Part shown: positions 53,862-63,390 of the stretch, one piece after another
Layout: each line of letters begins with the position of its first letter
Numbering within the stretch: position 1 is the stretch's first letter
Assembly (NCBI GenBank): GCA_036676355.1
Contig: JAKFDA010000072.1
Coordinates: 77,705-141,704, forward strand
Direction of reading: 5' to 3'
Length of the DNA: 64,000 nucleotides
From: Nitrosomonadales bacterium
GTDB lineage: Bacteria > Pseudomonadota > Gammaproteobacteria > Burkholderiales > SG8-39
The notes under the pieces: generated by a model
Database searches by the model: none
The model's input: only the letters and a program-made list of their open reading frames with translations
What the model was told of the DNA's origin: nothing
Position numbers and translations under genes: made by a program

Positions 53862-55757
53862 TTACACGAGCGCGGACGGTCGCGGTTGCAAGTCAGGCGT
53901 TGCAGGTGCGGATGCATGCGCCTGCATCCATAGCTCGAGCATCATGAGTATCCACACCATCTCGCCGTAGTAACCGGGATGCTCATGCAGTTTGGACTGG
54001 AACAGATCATTGACGAAACGCGGTTGAATCCAGCCGCGATCGCGTATCGCTTCCAGCGACCCGAACGCCAGTTCATGCAGCGCGGGATGATTGGTGACCC
54101 AGCGCCCGAATGGCAGGCCGAAACCGTGCTTTTTCTTATTGATGATTTCCGGCGGCAGAAAGTCGCTTAGCGCTTTCTTGAAAAAATATCGCAGTTTCGT
54201 GCCGCGCAGTTTGTAATTCGGCCGCAGGCGTAGCGAAAAATCGACGAGTTGATCGTCGATCAACGGGAAGGCGGCTGTGGCGCCGGCGAGCGTGGATGTC
54301 GTGATGACTTTGCGCAGATCGTTATCGGCCAGCGTGTACTTCCAGTCGTACGCCAGCAGGCGGTTGATCAGCGCGCCGGCGGGCGTCGCCTCGTAAACAC
54401 GACGCTGTTGCTCGCCGGGTTGATTGCGATCGATCGGAACAAGCCAATCGTCGGTAAGCACTTCGTGCTCACCCAGACGACGGAGCAGGTTATAGCGTTC
54501 GAGCCGATCCGGCACCGAAGCGCTGGCATATTGATGAAAACTTACGGCCTTCCGTATCAGTGGCAGTTTCGCCGCTGACGATGATTGCGACAGCGATCCG
54601 ACCAGCCCGCGCAAGGGCGCCGGGACATGACCGTACAGACTGAGCGCGCGTTGAAGTGCATAGCGCGTGTTGCCACCGAACAACTCGTCGCCGCCGTCAC
54701 CGCCGAGCATTGTGTCGACGCCATCCTGCTTCGCGATCAGGGCGCAGTAGTAGGCCGGCAGCGCGGAAGAATTGCCGAACGGTTGATCGTAGGCCGCGGC
54801 GACGCGAGGAATGCCGGCCACCAGATCATCGGCCGTAAGGTAATGTTCGTGATGCCGGCAGTCAAAGTGCTGCGCGGCAATGCGCGCGTAAGCGGTTTCG
54901 TCGTAGCCCGCGGCGGCGAAGCCGATCGAGTACGTGCGTGCGCGTTGCTCCGTTACGCGCGTCAACATGCCGGCGATTGTGGAACTGTCGGTGCCGCCGC
55001 TGAGAAAGCAGCCGACATTGCCTTCGGCTTCGCGTGCCACGGCGTTGCGCAGAAGTTCGCGGAACTCCTTGCGCAGTGAACGATACGAAGCATCGCTGTG
55101 TTCTTCGAACACCGGCACCCAATGTTTGTGCAGTGCCAGACGGCCGCTGTCCAGATGCGCGGTTTCGCCGCCGAGCAGTCGATGCACGTCGTTGAAAATG
55201 GTTTGCGGCGCCGGGATGAAGTGGAACCAAAGGTAGTTGTAAATCGCCTGCCGATCGAATTCGACGTTGCATCGGCGCCCGACCGCATCGGCGCGATCGG
55301 AAAAACTGAGACGGGAGCCTTCGATGTGAAAGCACAGCGTTTCGCGCGCGAAACGATCGCATGCGAGCAGCGCCCGGCGGGTATGGAAATCTGCCAGGAA
55401 TACGCCGTAACTACCCTCGACGCTCTTTGCGGCATTGGCCTGATTCACGCGCCACGCTTCGGCCCAGCCGTCCAGCACCTGTTCGCGCTGTGGCTTGCCG
55501 GTGCTGCGGAATCGCGGTGTCCCGATCGACGCGATCAAGAGCGGGCCGCGCATGCCGCAGATCACCCGCCGCGGGTCGAAATGCAATTCGAGACTCGCGT
55601 CATTCAGCGAGCCGGCGGCATAGGCTTGATCGCTGAATCGCGGCGTCTGTCCGCCTTTGAGTTGAGCAAAGTCGATCCAGCCATCGAGCATCGTGCGCAA
55701 TGGCGCGGGAATGTCGTGCAGGGAGAGATTCGTCACGGCAGTTCGCGCCGTGCGCAT
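53862..55757 (-). CDS. Asparagine-synthase-family protein with degenerate glutaminase domain (synthetase/PP-loop domain intact)
   Basis: The PP-loop FLSGGTDSS and the C-terminal AsnB-like region are intact. There is no Cys2 (it begins MRTART...). The RLSIxD, NGEIYN and SD(S/C)EV motifs present in the two canonical copies are absent. Confidence 0.8.
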   Translation of the reverse strand: MRTARTAVTNLSLHDIPAPLRTMLDGWIDFAQLKGGQTPRFSDQAYAAGSLNDASLELHFDPRRVICGMRGPLLIASIGTPRFRSTGKPQREQVLDGWAEAWRVNQANAAKSVEGSYGVFLADFHTRRALLACDRFARETLCFHIEGSRLSFSDRADAVGRRCNVEFDRQAIYNYLWFHFIPAPQTIFNDVHRLLGGETAHLDSGRLALHKHWVPVFEEHSDASYRSLRKEFRELLRNAVAREAEGNVGCFLSGGTDSSTIAGMLTRVTEQRARTYSIGFAAAGYDETAYARIAAQHFDCRHHEHYLTADDLVAGIPRVAAAYDQPFGNSSALPAYYCALIAKQDGVDTMLGGDGGDELFGGNTRYALQRALSLYGHVPAPLRGLVGSLSQSSSAAKLPLIRKAVSFHQYASASVPDRLERYNLLRRLGEHEVLTDDWLVPIDRNQPGEQQRRVYEATPAGALINRLLAYDWKYTLADNDLRKVITTSTLAGATAAFPLIDDQLVDFSLRLRPNYKLRGTKLRYFFKKALSDFLPPEIINKKKHGFGLPFGRWVTNHPALHELAFGSLEAIRDRGWIQPRFVNDLFQSKLHEHPGYYGEMVWILMMLELWMQAHASAPATPDLQPRPSALV

Positions 55758-55793
55758 TGAAGGAGCGGCATTGGAGGCGCTGCTGTCGTCATT

Positions 55794-56555
55794 TCATTCT
55801 TTCCATTCTCCGACTTTCTGCAGCTTGTTCTTGAGACCGGGCAGATTGAAGCCGCGCGAATACGCTTTCTTCGCATAGTCGCGCGCCTTGTCGTAGTCCT
55901 TCAGATCGAAGTAGGCGAGACCCATGTTGTAGTACAGGTTGCCGCTCGTGCCGTGCTCTTCGGCCTTGCGGAACTGATTCAGCGCTTCTTTCGGTTTGTC
56001 GTCCTTGAGCAGTTGCACGCCGTAGACGCCGCGCACATTCGGATCGTCCGGGGCGAACGCCAATGCGCGCTGGAACCAGCAGTCGAGCGTGAATTCAGAG
56101 CCTTTCGGTTGGATGTTTTTTTCGCGCCGCGAGAGATTCGCCATCGCGTTCAAAGCACGCGGATGGTTGGGGAAGGCGCGCAGCGTGTAGGAAATATCCT
56201 TGCCGATCACCGCATTCGACGCGCCCTTGCGCAGATGTTCCACTTGTGGGGTGAAGTGGTAGTCCTCGACGATCTTGCGCCGCTCCAGCGGGGCTGTGCG
56301 GTAGTCGAAAGGGCCAAAGTGGTTTTCCAGCGAGCCGCAGGCGCCGTCCTGAGCAAGGACTGTCGGCACGTTGAACAAGGCGGCGGCGAAAATCACCGCA
56401 GCGGCGTGTATGAACTTGATGGAGCGTTGATGGTCGATACGTCCGTCTTCCGTTCGCCCTGAGTCGGCCGAGGAGTGAACAGGAACTTTCGCCGTCGATG
56501 GGTTCGCCATGAGCGGCTTTGCGAGGCGCTTGATCGGATATGCATTAACTTTCAC
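55794..56555 (-). CDS. TPR-like repeat protein with internal signal-anchor
   Basis: GTG start lies 5 nt after GGGAGG. A hydrophobic segment FIHAAAVIFAAALFNVPTVLAQD occurs about 45 aa in. The C-terminal repeats ...YYNMGLAYFDLKDYDKARDYAKKAY are TPR-like. Confidence 0.55.
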   Translation of the reverse strand: MKVNAYPIKRLAKPLMANPSTAKVPVHSSADSGRTEDGRIDHQRSIKFIHAAAVIFAAALFNVPTVLAQDGACGSLENHFGPFDYRTAPLERRKIVEDYHFTPQVEHLRKGASNAVIGKDISYTLRAFPNHPRALNAMANLSRREKNIQPKGSEFTLDCWFQRALAFAPDDPNVRGVYGVQLLKDDKPKEALNQFRKAEEHGTSGNLYYNMGLAYFDLKDYDKARDYAKKAYSRGFNLPGLKNKLQKVGEWKE

Positions 56556-57516
56556 GTAGACCTCCCGTCAGAGTGCTGGACACCTTGATCGCGGCGCAAC
56601 GCGCGGCGGCGCCGACGCAATAGGCAAGGGTCCTGGGACGAAAATCGAAATGATGCAGGGCGAGCTTGAACGACTCGTACGCAACGCAGACGTCGCCCCG
56701 CCGGTAGTGCCGGTAGCCGTGGCTGAAGCACAGTCGCGACAGCCGGCGATCCAGGCTCGCGCGATCGACGCGTTGCCCGTCCGCGCCGGTTTTGCCGAAT
56801 CGTTCGAGTGCGCGCAGCAGCACGCGATATTCGTTGTTCTCGCGCCGTTCCGCCGCCGTGGTCGAGGCGGCGTGGATGCGATACAACGCGAGCGTGCGAG
56901 ACAGCTTCGCCACGCGAAAGCGCTGCGTCGCGCGTAGCCACAGGTCGTAGTCCTCGCCGGTGCGCAGGCTTTCGTCGAAGCCACCGATCGCTTCGAACAC
57001 GCTGCGGTGCGCAACGGCTGTGATTGAATGAATCATGCTGTCGAGCAGCATGTCGGTGTAGATCGAGCCGGATGCAGCCTCGTCGATGTCATCCCCGCAC
57101 TCGTTGGACGGGCGCATGAATTCTTGCGCGCTGCCCGTGTCGCCGCGCCAGCGTTGCCAGCGGCCGTACACGATGCTGATGTCCGGGTGCCGCGCGAAGT
57201 ACGCTATCTGTGCGCTGATCTTGCCGGGCAGCCACAGATCGTCGGCATCCAGAAAGGCGATGTATTCGCCTTGTGCGATGGAGAGTGCGCGATTGCGTGC
57301 CGCGGCCGGGCCGCTGTTCGGCTGGCGAACGAGCCTGATGCGATGCTGCAGCGGAGCGATCGCGTCGGCCGTGCCGTCGGTCGAACCATCATCGACGACG
57401 ATGACTTCGAGATTCGGGTAGTCCTGCGCGAGCACGCTCTCCAACGCGTCGCGTATATAGGCAGCGCAGTTATAGGCGGGAATGATCACCGAGACGCGCG
57501 GCGTGGTCATGAGCAT
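56545..57516 (-). CDS. GT2 glycosyltransferase
   Basis: Contains VSVIIPAYNCAAYIRDALESVLAQDYPNLEVIVVDDGSTDGT and FLDADD. Confidence 0.85.
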   Translation of the reverse strand: MLMTTPRVSVIIPAYNCAAYIRDALESVLAQDYPNLEVIVVDDGSTDGTADAIAPLQHRIRLVRQPNSGPAAARNRALSIAQGEYIAFLDADDLWLPGKISAQIAYFARHPDISIVYGRWQRWRGDTGSAQEFMRPSNECGDDIDEAASGSIYTDMLLDSMIHSITAVAHRSVFEAIGGFDESLRTGEDYDLWLRATQRFRVAKLSRTLALYRIHAASTTAAERRENNEYRVLLRALERFGKTGADGQRVDRASLDRRLSRLCFSHGYRHYRRGDVCVAYESFKLALHHFDFRPRTLAYCVGAAARCAAIKVSSTLTGGLRES

Positions 57517-57517
57517 C

Positions 57518-58723
57518 TCAATGTGCTTGCGTGCGCGTTTGCCACGGCGGCATGCCGGGCAGTGTCGCGCCGTACAGTCGCGCGGCGATGCGGATCAGCT
57601 TCAGCCGCATGGTGCGGTCGCTCGAGCGCCGGCGTGCGACGCCGAGCAGCCCGCGCGCCAGAGCATGCAGCACCGCACGGCCCGTACCGCTGCGACGCAG
57701 CCCGCGCGCCGCGCTGTAGAAATTCAGCGGATCTTCCAGCAGACGCAAGACGAAATAGCGCTGCTGTGCAGCCTGCGCGATCGCGCGGCGCTCGTCGCGG
57801 GTGGGGCTCATCCCGCTGCCGTCGGTCAGCGCGGCGTAACTCAGTGCGTCTTCGATCATTTCCTCGTCCAATCCCTTGCCGGCCATCACGCTCATGCGAT
57901 TCAGCAAAGCCAGCCGCTTGAGCGAGGCGTCGCACACCGTGTCGCGTACCGGTATGAGGTATTCGCCCAATGACGTATCCGCACGCAGCGCGCGTCCCAG
58001 CATGCGGTCGTGATGCGCAAACAATTGCTCGCGTTCATCGTGCGCATAGCGCTGCGCGGCCGGTCCGCGCTCGCCTTCGTGACGACGGAACACGAAGGTC
58101 GGCCGATCGAGCAGGGCCACCGGATAGCGGCGTACCAGTCGCAACAGCATTTCGTAATCTTCGGAGGCCACCAGATCCTCGCGGAATGGCCCGACCTGCC
58201 GGTAACACTCGCTCCGCACCAGCGCACCCTGCAGTGTGGTGAAGCAACTGCGCATGAACTGCAGACGGAAACTACTTTCATCGACCTTGGGCCAGTGATG
58301 CTCCGCCGTGGGCTCGATCGCGCCGTTCTCGCCGCTGCGTCCCCAAAGATGGTTGCTCAGCACCACCTTGGCGTCCGGACGACGATCGAGCAGTGCAAGC
58401 CGGCTCTGGATCGAAGTGAGCATCGCGACGTCGTCGTCGTCGAATATCCATACCCATTCGCCCGTGACCATCGGCAGCGCGAAATTGAGCGCGCGCGGCT
58501 TGCCGCCATTCTCCTTGCGTACGTAGCTGATGCGACGGTCGCAACAATTGTTCACGCTTCGCACGCGTTCCGCGGTGTCGTCGGTCGAGCCGTCGTCCAC
58601 CACGATGATCTGATGCGCCGGCACCGTTTGGGCGAGCAGCGAATGCAGACATTCCTCCAGCAGCGCGGCGCGATTGTAGGTCGGCACCAGTACGGAAACG
58701 GTGCGCGTATGCGTGCCGCTCAT
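57518..58723 (-). CDS. GT2 glycosyltransferase with about 200-aa C-terminal extension (paralogue A)
   Basis: ATG at 58723 overlaps the upstream TGA (ATGA). Contains VSVLVPTYNRAALLEECLHSLLAQT and IIVVDDGSTDDT. FDDDDV occupies the DxD position. The upstream half of the 747-aa track ORF is an Arg-rich artefact. Confidence 0.8.
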   Translation of the reverse strand: MSGTHTRTVSVLVPTYNRAALLEECLHSLLAQTVPAHQIIVVDDGSTDDTAERVRSVNNCCDRRISYVRKENGGKPRALNFALPMVTGEWVWIFDDDDVAMLTSIQSRLALLDRRPDAKVVLSNHLWGRSGENGAIEPTAEHHWPKVDESSFRLQFMRSCFTTLQGALVRSECYRQVGPFREDLVASEDYEMLLRLVRRYPVALLDRPTFVFRRHEGERGPAAQRYAHDEREQLFAHHDRMLGRALRADTSLGEYLIPVRDTVCDASLKRLALLNRMSVMAGKGLDEEMIEDALSYAALTDGSGMSPTRDERRAIAQAAQQRYFVLRLLEDPLNFYSAARGLRRSGTGRAVLHALARGLLGVARRRSSDRTMRLKLIRIAARLYGATLPGMPPWQTRTQAH

Positions 58724-59637
58724 GCAGCGCCCGCCGGGGTCAGGTCGATAACGGTCGGCGCCGCTTGTTCGCGTCGATACAGCACGCGGTTGCCGTCTGC
58801 GCTTTCCCTCACCGGCACGTACCCGGCCTGTGCGAAGGCGCGCTGCGCCCGGCGGATGGTCGGCGTGCCGATTTCGTGCGGGTGGAAGGCGATGAGTACT
58901 TTGCGAATGCCAAGCTCGATCACGTCCTTGATCAACTGACATTCCGCCCCATCGACGTCGATGATCAGAAAGGTCGGACGATGCGCGCGCAGAGCATCGC
59001 GCAGCGTGCGGCCGGGCACGAGGAACTTGCGTGCGTATCGACCGGGGCTCGTGTCGCCCAACGTGTCGCTTGCATGCAACGTGCGCATGCCGGTAACGCA
59101 ACCGAGCGCGCAGTGTTCGAGTCGCGGTGCAATGCCGTTCAGCGCGAACGTATCGCGCGCGGCCTGCACCATCGCCGGGTGCGATTCGAAGGCAACGATT
59201 CGATTCGACCCGAGCCGACGCGCGCACAGCGCGGCAATCACGCCGATACCGCTGCCGACCTCCATCACCACGTCGTCGTCTTCCAGTGCGTCGCGCACCA
59301 GTCGGCGCTCCACGCCGGCATAGGTGCGTGCGAGCAGATCGCGTGCGAGTTGCAACGAATAGTGCGGACGCAACTGCACCTTCACCCCATCCAGTTCGAC
59401 CACCCGTCCCGTAGTGCGTGCAACCGCGACATGAAGTCGCGCGCTGACCAGATCGGCACAGCGCCGCGGGTTGCTCAACATCCAGCGGCCCGAGCAGTAG
59501 CCGCGTTTGGCGTAGTCCATCGCGGCATCCATTAGGCTGTCGTTGCGCTTCTCCGTCGCGCTCGGCAGACTTATCGCGGCACGCTGCCATCCATGAGGAG
59601 TGGGTTCGTCGTCGCTGTAAAACGGGATCTGGCGCAT
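58720..59637 (-). CDS. FkbM-family SAM-dependent methyltransferase
   Basis: VVMEVGSGIGVIAA is SAM motif I. FLIIDVDGAECQLI matches the FkbM-type K-x-D-x-E-G-x-E region. The start is assigned to the ATG at 59637. Confidence 0.7.
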   Translation of the reverse strand: MRQIPFYSDDEPTPHGWQRAAISLPSATEKRNDSLMDAAMDYAKRGYCSGRWMLSNPRRCADLVSARLHVAVARTTGRVVELDGVKVQLRPHYSLQLARDLLARTYAGVERRLVRDALEDDDVVMEVGSGIGVIAALCARRLGSNRIVAFESHPAMVQAARDTFALNGIAPRLEHCALGCVTGMRTLHASDTLGDTSPGRYARKFLVPGRTLRDALRAHRPTFLIIDVDGAECQLIKDVIELGIRKVLIAFHPHEIGTPTIRRAQRAFAQAGYVPVRESADGNRVLYRREQAAPTVIDLTPAGAA

Positions 59638-59642
59638 GGATG

Positions 59643-60869
59643 TCACCGTTCCAGGTAAGCGCGGACGACAGGCCGCGGGCCGGCAAAGGCAGCAACACGC
59701 AGCCACACGCGCCAGAGAACGGATCGGCCGAGCGCCACATGTTCGGATTTGCGAGCGGCATGCAGCAATCCGCGCGCCAGGCAACCGGCGAACAATCGCA
59801 TCAATGGTCCGGACGAACGCGCACGCAGCTCGCGCAGGAAGCCCTTGGGATCTTCCTGCACGCGGGCGAGCCAATACGGTTGCGTCATGGCGCGCGCGCA
59901 CAGTGCCCGTTCTTCGCGACTCAATCCGCCGATGCCGCAATGCGCTTGAATTGCCGCAGCGGCGGCGAGATCGTCGAGCGCTTCATCGACGAGGCCTTTG
60001 CTTGCCATCACGCTCATGCGCGTGAGTAGCGCAAGGCGCGATTCGCAGGGCGTGAGCGCACGGCCGGATACCGATGGAGCGAGATACTCCCCGAGCGCGA
60101 GTTCGCCTCGAATGCGCCGGCCGAGTCGGCCGTCGAATTCCATCCATATTTTTTTACGTTTAGACTCGTCGTGACGCAGCGCCTTCGGTCCGCGCATGCC
60201 GGCGTGGTCGCGCCACACGAATGTCGGTTCGTGCAACACCGCGGCCTTGTAACGACGCAGCAGTCGCACGGTCATTTCGTAGTCGGCGCTGCGCAGAAAA
60301 CCGGTATCGAAGTTGCCGACGGCACGCAGGCAGTCAAGCCGGATCAGCATGCCCTGAAACAGAAACAGATGATTGCGCAGCGTGCTGATGAACAGGCGGT
60401 GATCGGCCGGGCCGCGTGCCGATATGCGTCGACCGCGTTGAATTCGCCCATCCGGACCGTCGATGCCGAGATAGTGTTCGCTCATCACGATGTCCGCTTC
60501 GGGCTGCGCGTGCGCCGCGTCCAGTCGACGCTCGATGGAATCGCGCAGCGCGACGTCGTCATCATCGAAGAACCACAGCCATTCGCCGGTGGCGAGTTCC
60601 AGCGCGCGGTTGAACGCCGCCGGCCGACCGGCATTGGGTTGCCAGACATAAGTGATGCGATCCGCGTAGCGCGCAATGACGCTATGCGTGTCTTCGTCCG
60701 AGCCGTCGTCGATCAGGATGACCTGCTCGGGCGGGTGCGTCTGACGCAGCACACTGTCGAGACACTCGTTCAGGTAGGTGGTGCGGTTGTAAGTCGCGAT
60801 GATTACCGTGACGGTGTCGCGATCCGGTCCATTACGGGACGCAGCCGATGTGGAGATCATCGAATTCAT
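59643..60869 (-). CDS. GT2 glycosyltransferase with about 200-aa C-terminal extension (paralogue B)
   Basis: ATG at 60869 overlaps the flippase TGA. Contains VTVIIATYNRTTYLNECLDSVLRQT, ILIDDGSDEDT and FFDDDDV. The C-terminal region is collinear with paralogue A (GEYL..., LALLxRMSVMAxKGL). Confidence 0.8.
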   Translation of the reverse strand: MNSMISTSAASRNGPDRDTVTVIIATYNRTTYLNECLDSVLRQTHPPEQVILIDDGSDEDTHSVIARYADRITYVWQPNAGRPAAFNRALELATGEWLWFFDDDDVALRDSIERRLDAAHAQPEADIVMSEHYLGIDGPDGRIQRGRRISARGPADHRLFISTLRNHLFLFQGMLIRLDCLRAVGNFDTGFLRSADYEMTVRLLRRYKAAVLHEPTFVWRDHAGMRGPKALRHDESKRKKIWMEFDGRLGRRIRGELALGEYLAPSVSGRALTPCESRLALLTRMSVMASKGLVDEALDDLAAAAAIQAHCGIGGLSREERALCARAMTQPYWLARVQEDPKGFLRELRARSSGPLMRLFAGCLARGLLHAARKSEHVALGRSVLWRVWLRVAAFAGPRPVVRAYLER

Positions 60870-62365
60870 GTCTGCCTCCTCGTGCGCCAGGGGCTTTGCC
60901 GCAGGACACCCCCGGCCATGCGCAGCAGGCGCGCTTCGGCGCCGTCTTCGCGACCGCCCAGATGCCATAGCAGCAGCAGCGAAATCGTGTAAACAATTGC
61001 GCCGGCCAGAATCAGCGCCAGCAGCATCGCCAGTTGCGAAGCGGTCGATACAGGCTGCCAGTAGCCCGTACCTCGTAGTGCAAGCAGCGCTCCGGTCATC
61101 AGCAGCGACGCGGCGACTGGCCGGAACAGCGCGGCGAGGACGCGTGTGCTGCGCAGCTCCAGATATGTTCGCAGCAACCAGATGTTGAGCGTGCCGGTGG
61201 CGATGTAGACGCCGGTCAGGCCCCAGGCCGCGATGGCAAGGTCGTAGTACGTCAGCAGGAAGAAGAACAGGGGGAAGGCGAGCACGATGTACAGCGCCAT
61301 CAGCTTGGCCGACAGATGCTGTTGTCCCAGCGCAAGATAGGTTGTGCCGAAGGTGCCCTGCAGCGAACGGATGGCGCCGTATATCGCGAGTGGAGCCATC
61401 AGCGGAATCACCGAGACCCACTTCGGCCCGAGCATCACCATCACGAACAGATCGGCGAGACACGACAGGCCCGCGGCGACCGGCAGGGACAATACGGCCA
61501 CGAGCTGGAACACGGTGATGAATCCGTCGGCGAGCCTGGGCTTATCGCCCTGCAGGCGGGAGTAGCCCGGATACACCGCGCGCATAAGCGGGTAGGTCAG
61601 CTCCGTGGTCGGCAGGCTCGATACTTCATAGGCAATGTTGTACGCGCCGAGCGCCGCCGGGCCGGCTCGGTTGCCGAGGATGAAATCGGTGCCACGCTGC
61701 TGAATGAAGAACAGAATGCTGTTGCCGGTCACCCACTTGGAGAAGTGGAAAAAATCTTTCGCATGCGAGAGCGTGAGGCGCGGCCGGTACGAAAACAGCG
61801 CATAGCTCAGCAGCACACTGACCACGCTGCGAGTGAGTATGCCGAACAGCAGCGCCCAGAAACTCTGCCAGTAAAAGGCCAGGCCGACGGTAACGGTGAA
61901 GGACGCAAGCTTGGAGATCAGGCCGAGCGCGAAGATTCGCTTGAAGCGCAGCGCCTGTTCGTGCAGCACTACGCCGATGTTGCGAAAGCTGCCGAAAAAA
62001 GCGGTGAAGGCGAGCACGCCCATGATGCTCGCGACGCGCGGCTCATGGTAGATCGCAATCGCCACGGGGGCGAGCGCGAGCAGCAGCGCTGCTTTGAGCA
62101 CGCCGATGCAAATGTTCAGCGTCCACGCCGAATCCAGATGCGCGCGCTCCTGCGTCTGGCGCTGGATGATCGCCCACTCCAGTCCCACCGCGGTGGTGGC
62201 CTCCAGTGCGGCGAGAATAGACGTGCCCATCGCGATCAGACCGAAATCAGCCGGTACCAGCAGACGCGCGAGAATCAGGGTGCTGACCAGACCGATGATG
62301 CGCGTCGACATGCGCATGGCCAAGGTCCAGCCCGCACTTTTGGCGATTTCGTTGCCGAGGCTCAT
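60866..62365 (-). CDS. Wzx-type oligosaccharide flippase (MOP/PST family)
   Basis: 499 aa from the ATG at 62365, with about 12-14 TM helices. The N-terminus ...AKSAGWTLAMRMSTRIIGLVSTLILARLLVPADFGL is the typical polysaccharide biosynthesis protein opening. Confidence 0.8.
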   Translation of the reverse strand: MSLGNEIAKSAGWTLAMRMSTRIIGLVSTLILARLLVPADFGLIAMGTSILAALEATTAVGLEWAIIQRQTQERAHLDSAWTLNICIGVLKAALLLALAPVAIAIYHEPRVASIMGVLAFTAFFGSFRNIGVVLHEQALRFKRIFALGLISKLASFTVTVGLAFYWQSFWALLFGILTRSVVSVLLSYALFSYRPRLTLSHAKDFFHFSKWVTGNSILFFIQQRGTDFILGNRAGPAALGAYNIAYEVSSLPTTELTYPLMRAVYPGYSRLQGDKPRLADGFITVFQLVAVLSLPVAAGLSCLADLFVMVMLGPKWVSVIPLMAPLAIYGAIRSLQGTFGTTYLALGQQHLSAKLMALYIVLAFPLFFFLLTYYDLAIAAWGLTGVYIATGTLNIWLLRTYLELRSTRVLAALFRPVAASLLMTGALLALRGTGYWQPVSTASQLAMLLALILAGAIVYTISLLLLWHLGGREDGAEARLLRMAGGVLRQSPWRTRRQT

Positions 62366-63390
62366 CGCAGCGCGCTCGCGTCGACCGCCGCCGGCGCCGG
62401 ATCGCGCAGATAGTGATTCGCGATCGCCTCGAGCTGCGCTTCGCCATAGCGGCTTTCCATCGTTCTGCGCGCCGCGGCGCCGATGCGCGCTTGCAGCGCA
62501 CGGTCTTCCCGCAGACTGAGCAGGATCTCCATCACCTCGTCGTTCGAGTCGGCGATGAAACCGTTGACGCCGTGATCGATGTGCTGCGCGATTCCGGCGG
62601 TCGAACCGACGATGGGCGGTACGCCGCAGGCCATCGCTTCGGCGATCACACGCCCGTAGGCTTCGGGCCATGCAGTTGACGTGCGATATAGAAAACAATC
62701 GAGCTGCTGCATGAAGCGCGGCAGCGCGAGCGGCGACATCATCGGCATAAGCTCGATGCGCGGATGAGACGCGACGCGTTCGCGCAGGCAGGTGCCGCCC
62801 GCGATGCGTAAGTGAAAGCCCGCGCCGGCGAGCCGCTCATACAGCGCCGGATCGCCGTCGGCAAATTTGACCGGGTCATCCCGGCTCGCCCGACCGACGA
62901 CGAATGCGCTACCGTGCGCCGACGTCGACGGCGTGTACACGTTCAGATCGATGGGCGAGTCCTCCACGATGCCGGGCAGCCCCGCGTCGGCCTTGAGATT
63001 TTCCGACGCATAAATCATTTCCACGTTGCGCTGTCCGTCGAGGGAAAGACGTTTGAGGGTGCGCTCGAGACGCTTGTGATTGACGATGTTGTAGAGCAAC
63101 AACGTGCGCGCAGGTTTGGCCCAGCGCCACCACGCGCCGATGTCGAAATACGCGCCGACAAATAGAAACACGCCCTGTTTTGGAAAGCGCAGCCGCGGCA
63201 GATTGATCTTCTGGATCGGCGCAAGTTCGGCGAGTTGCGGATCGGGATCGCGTTCGGTCCAGATGGATGTGCGCGCGTGACGCGACAGCACGCGATACAT
63301 ATCCATCGTGTGCAGTTCCGATCCGCCGATTTCGGTCATCGGATTGAGCAGATTTACTTCTGGACGCGGTGGAACGTCATCGCACTTCAT
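62362..63390 (-). CDS. GT4-like glycosyltransferase
   Basis: The C-terminal motif ...WPEAYGRVIAEAMACGVPPIVGSTAGIAQHIDHGVNGF is the GT4 E-x7-E region. The N-terminal half is divergent. There are ATGA overlaps at both ends. Confidence 0.7.
   Translation of the reverse strand: MKCDDVPPRPEVNLLNPMTEIGGSELHTMDMYRVLSRHARTSIWTERDPDPQLAELAPIQKINLPRLRFPKQGVFLFVGAYFDIGAWWRWAKPARTLLLYNIVNHKRLERTLKRLSLDGQRNVEMIYASENLKADAGLPGIVEDSPIDLNVYTPSTSAHGSAFVVGRASRDDPVKFADGDPALYERLAGAGFHLRIAGGTCLRERVASHPRIELMPMMSPLALPRFMQQLDCFLYRTSTAWPEAYGRVIAEAMACGVPPIVGSTAGIAQHIDHGVNGFIADSNDEVMEILLSLREDRALQARIGAAARRTMESRYGEAQLEAIANHYLRDPAPAAVDASALR

Noticed and set aside
55545-55565. GTG-ATC-TGC (V-I-C) in the AsnB-like gene as a possible alternative start that would restore an N-terminal catalytic Cys.
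   Set aside because: Initiation at the GTG would give Met-Ile-Cys, which does not expose Cys as residue 1. The downstream glutaminase motifs are also missing.
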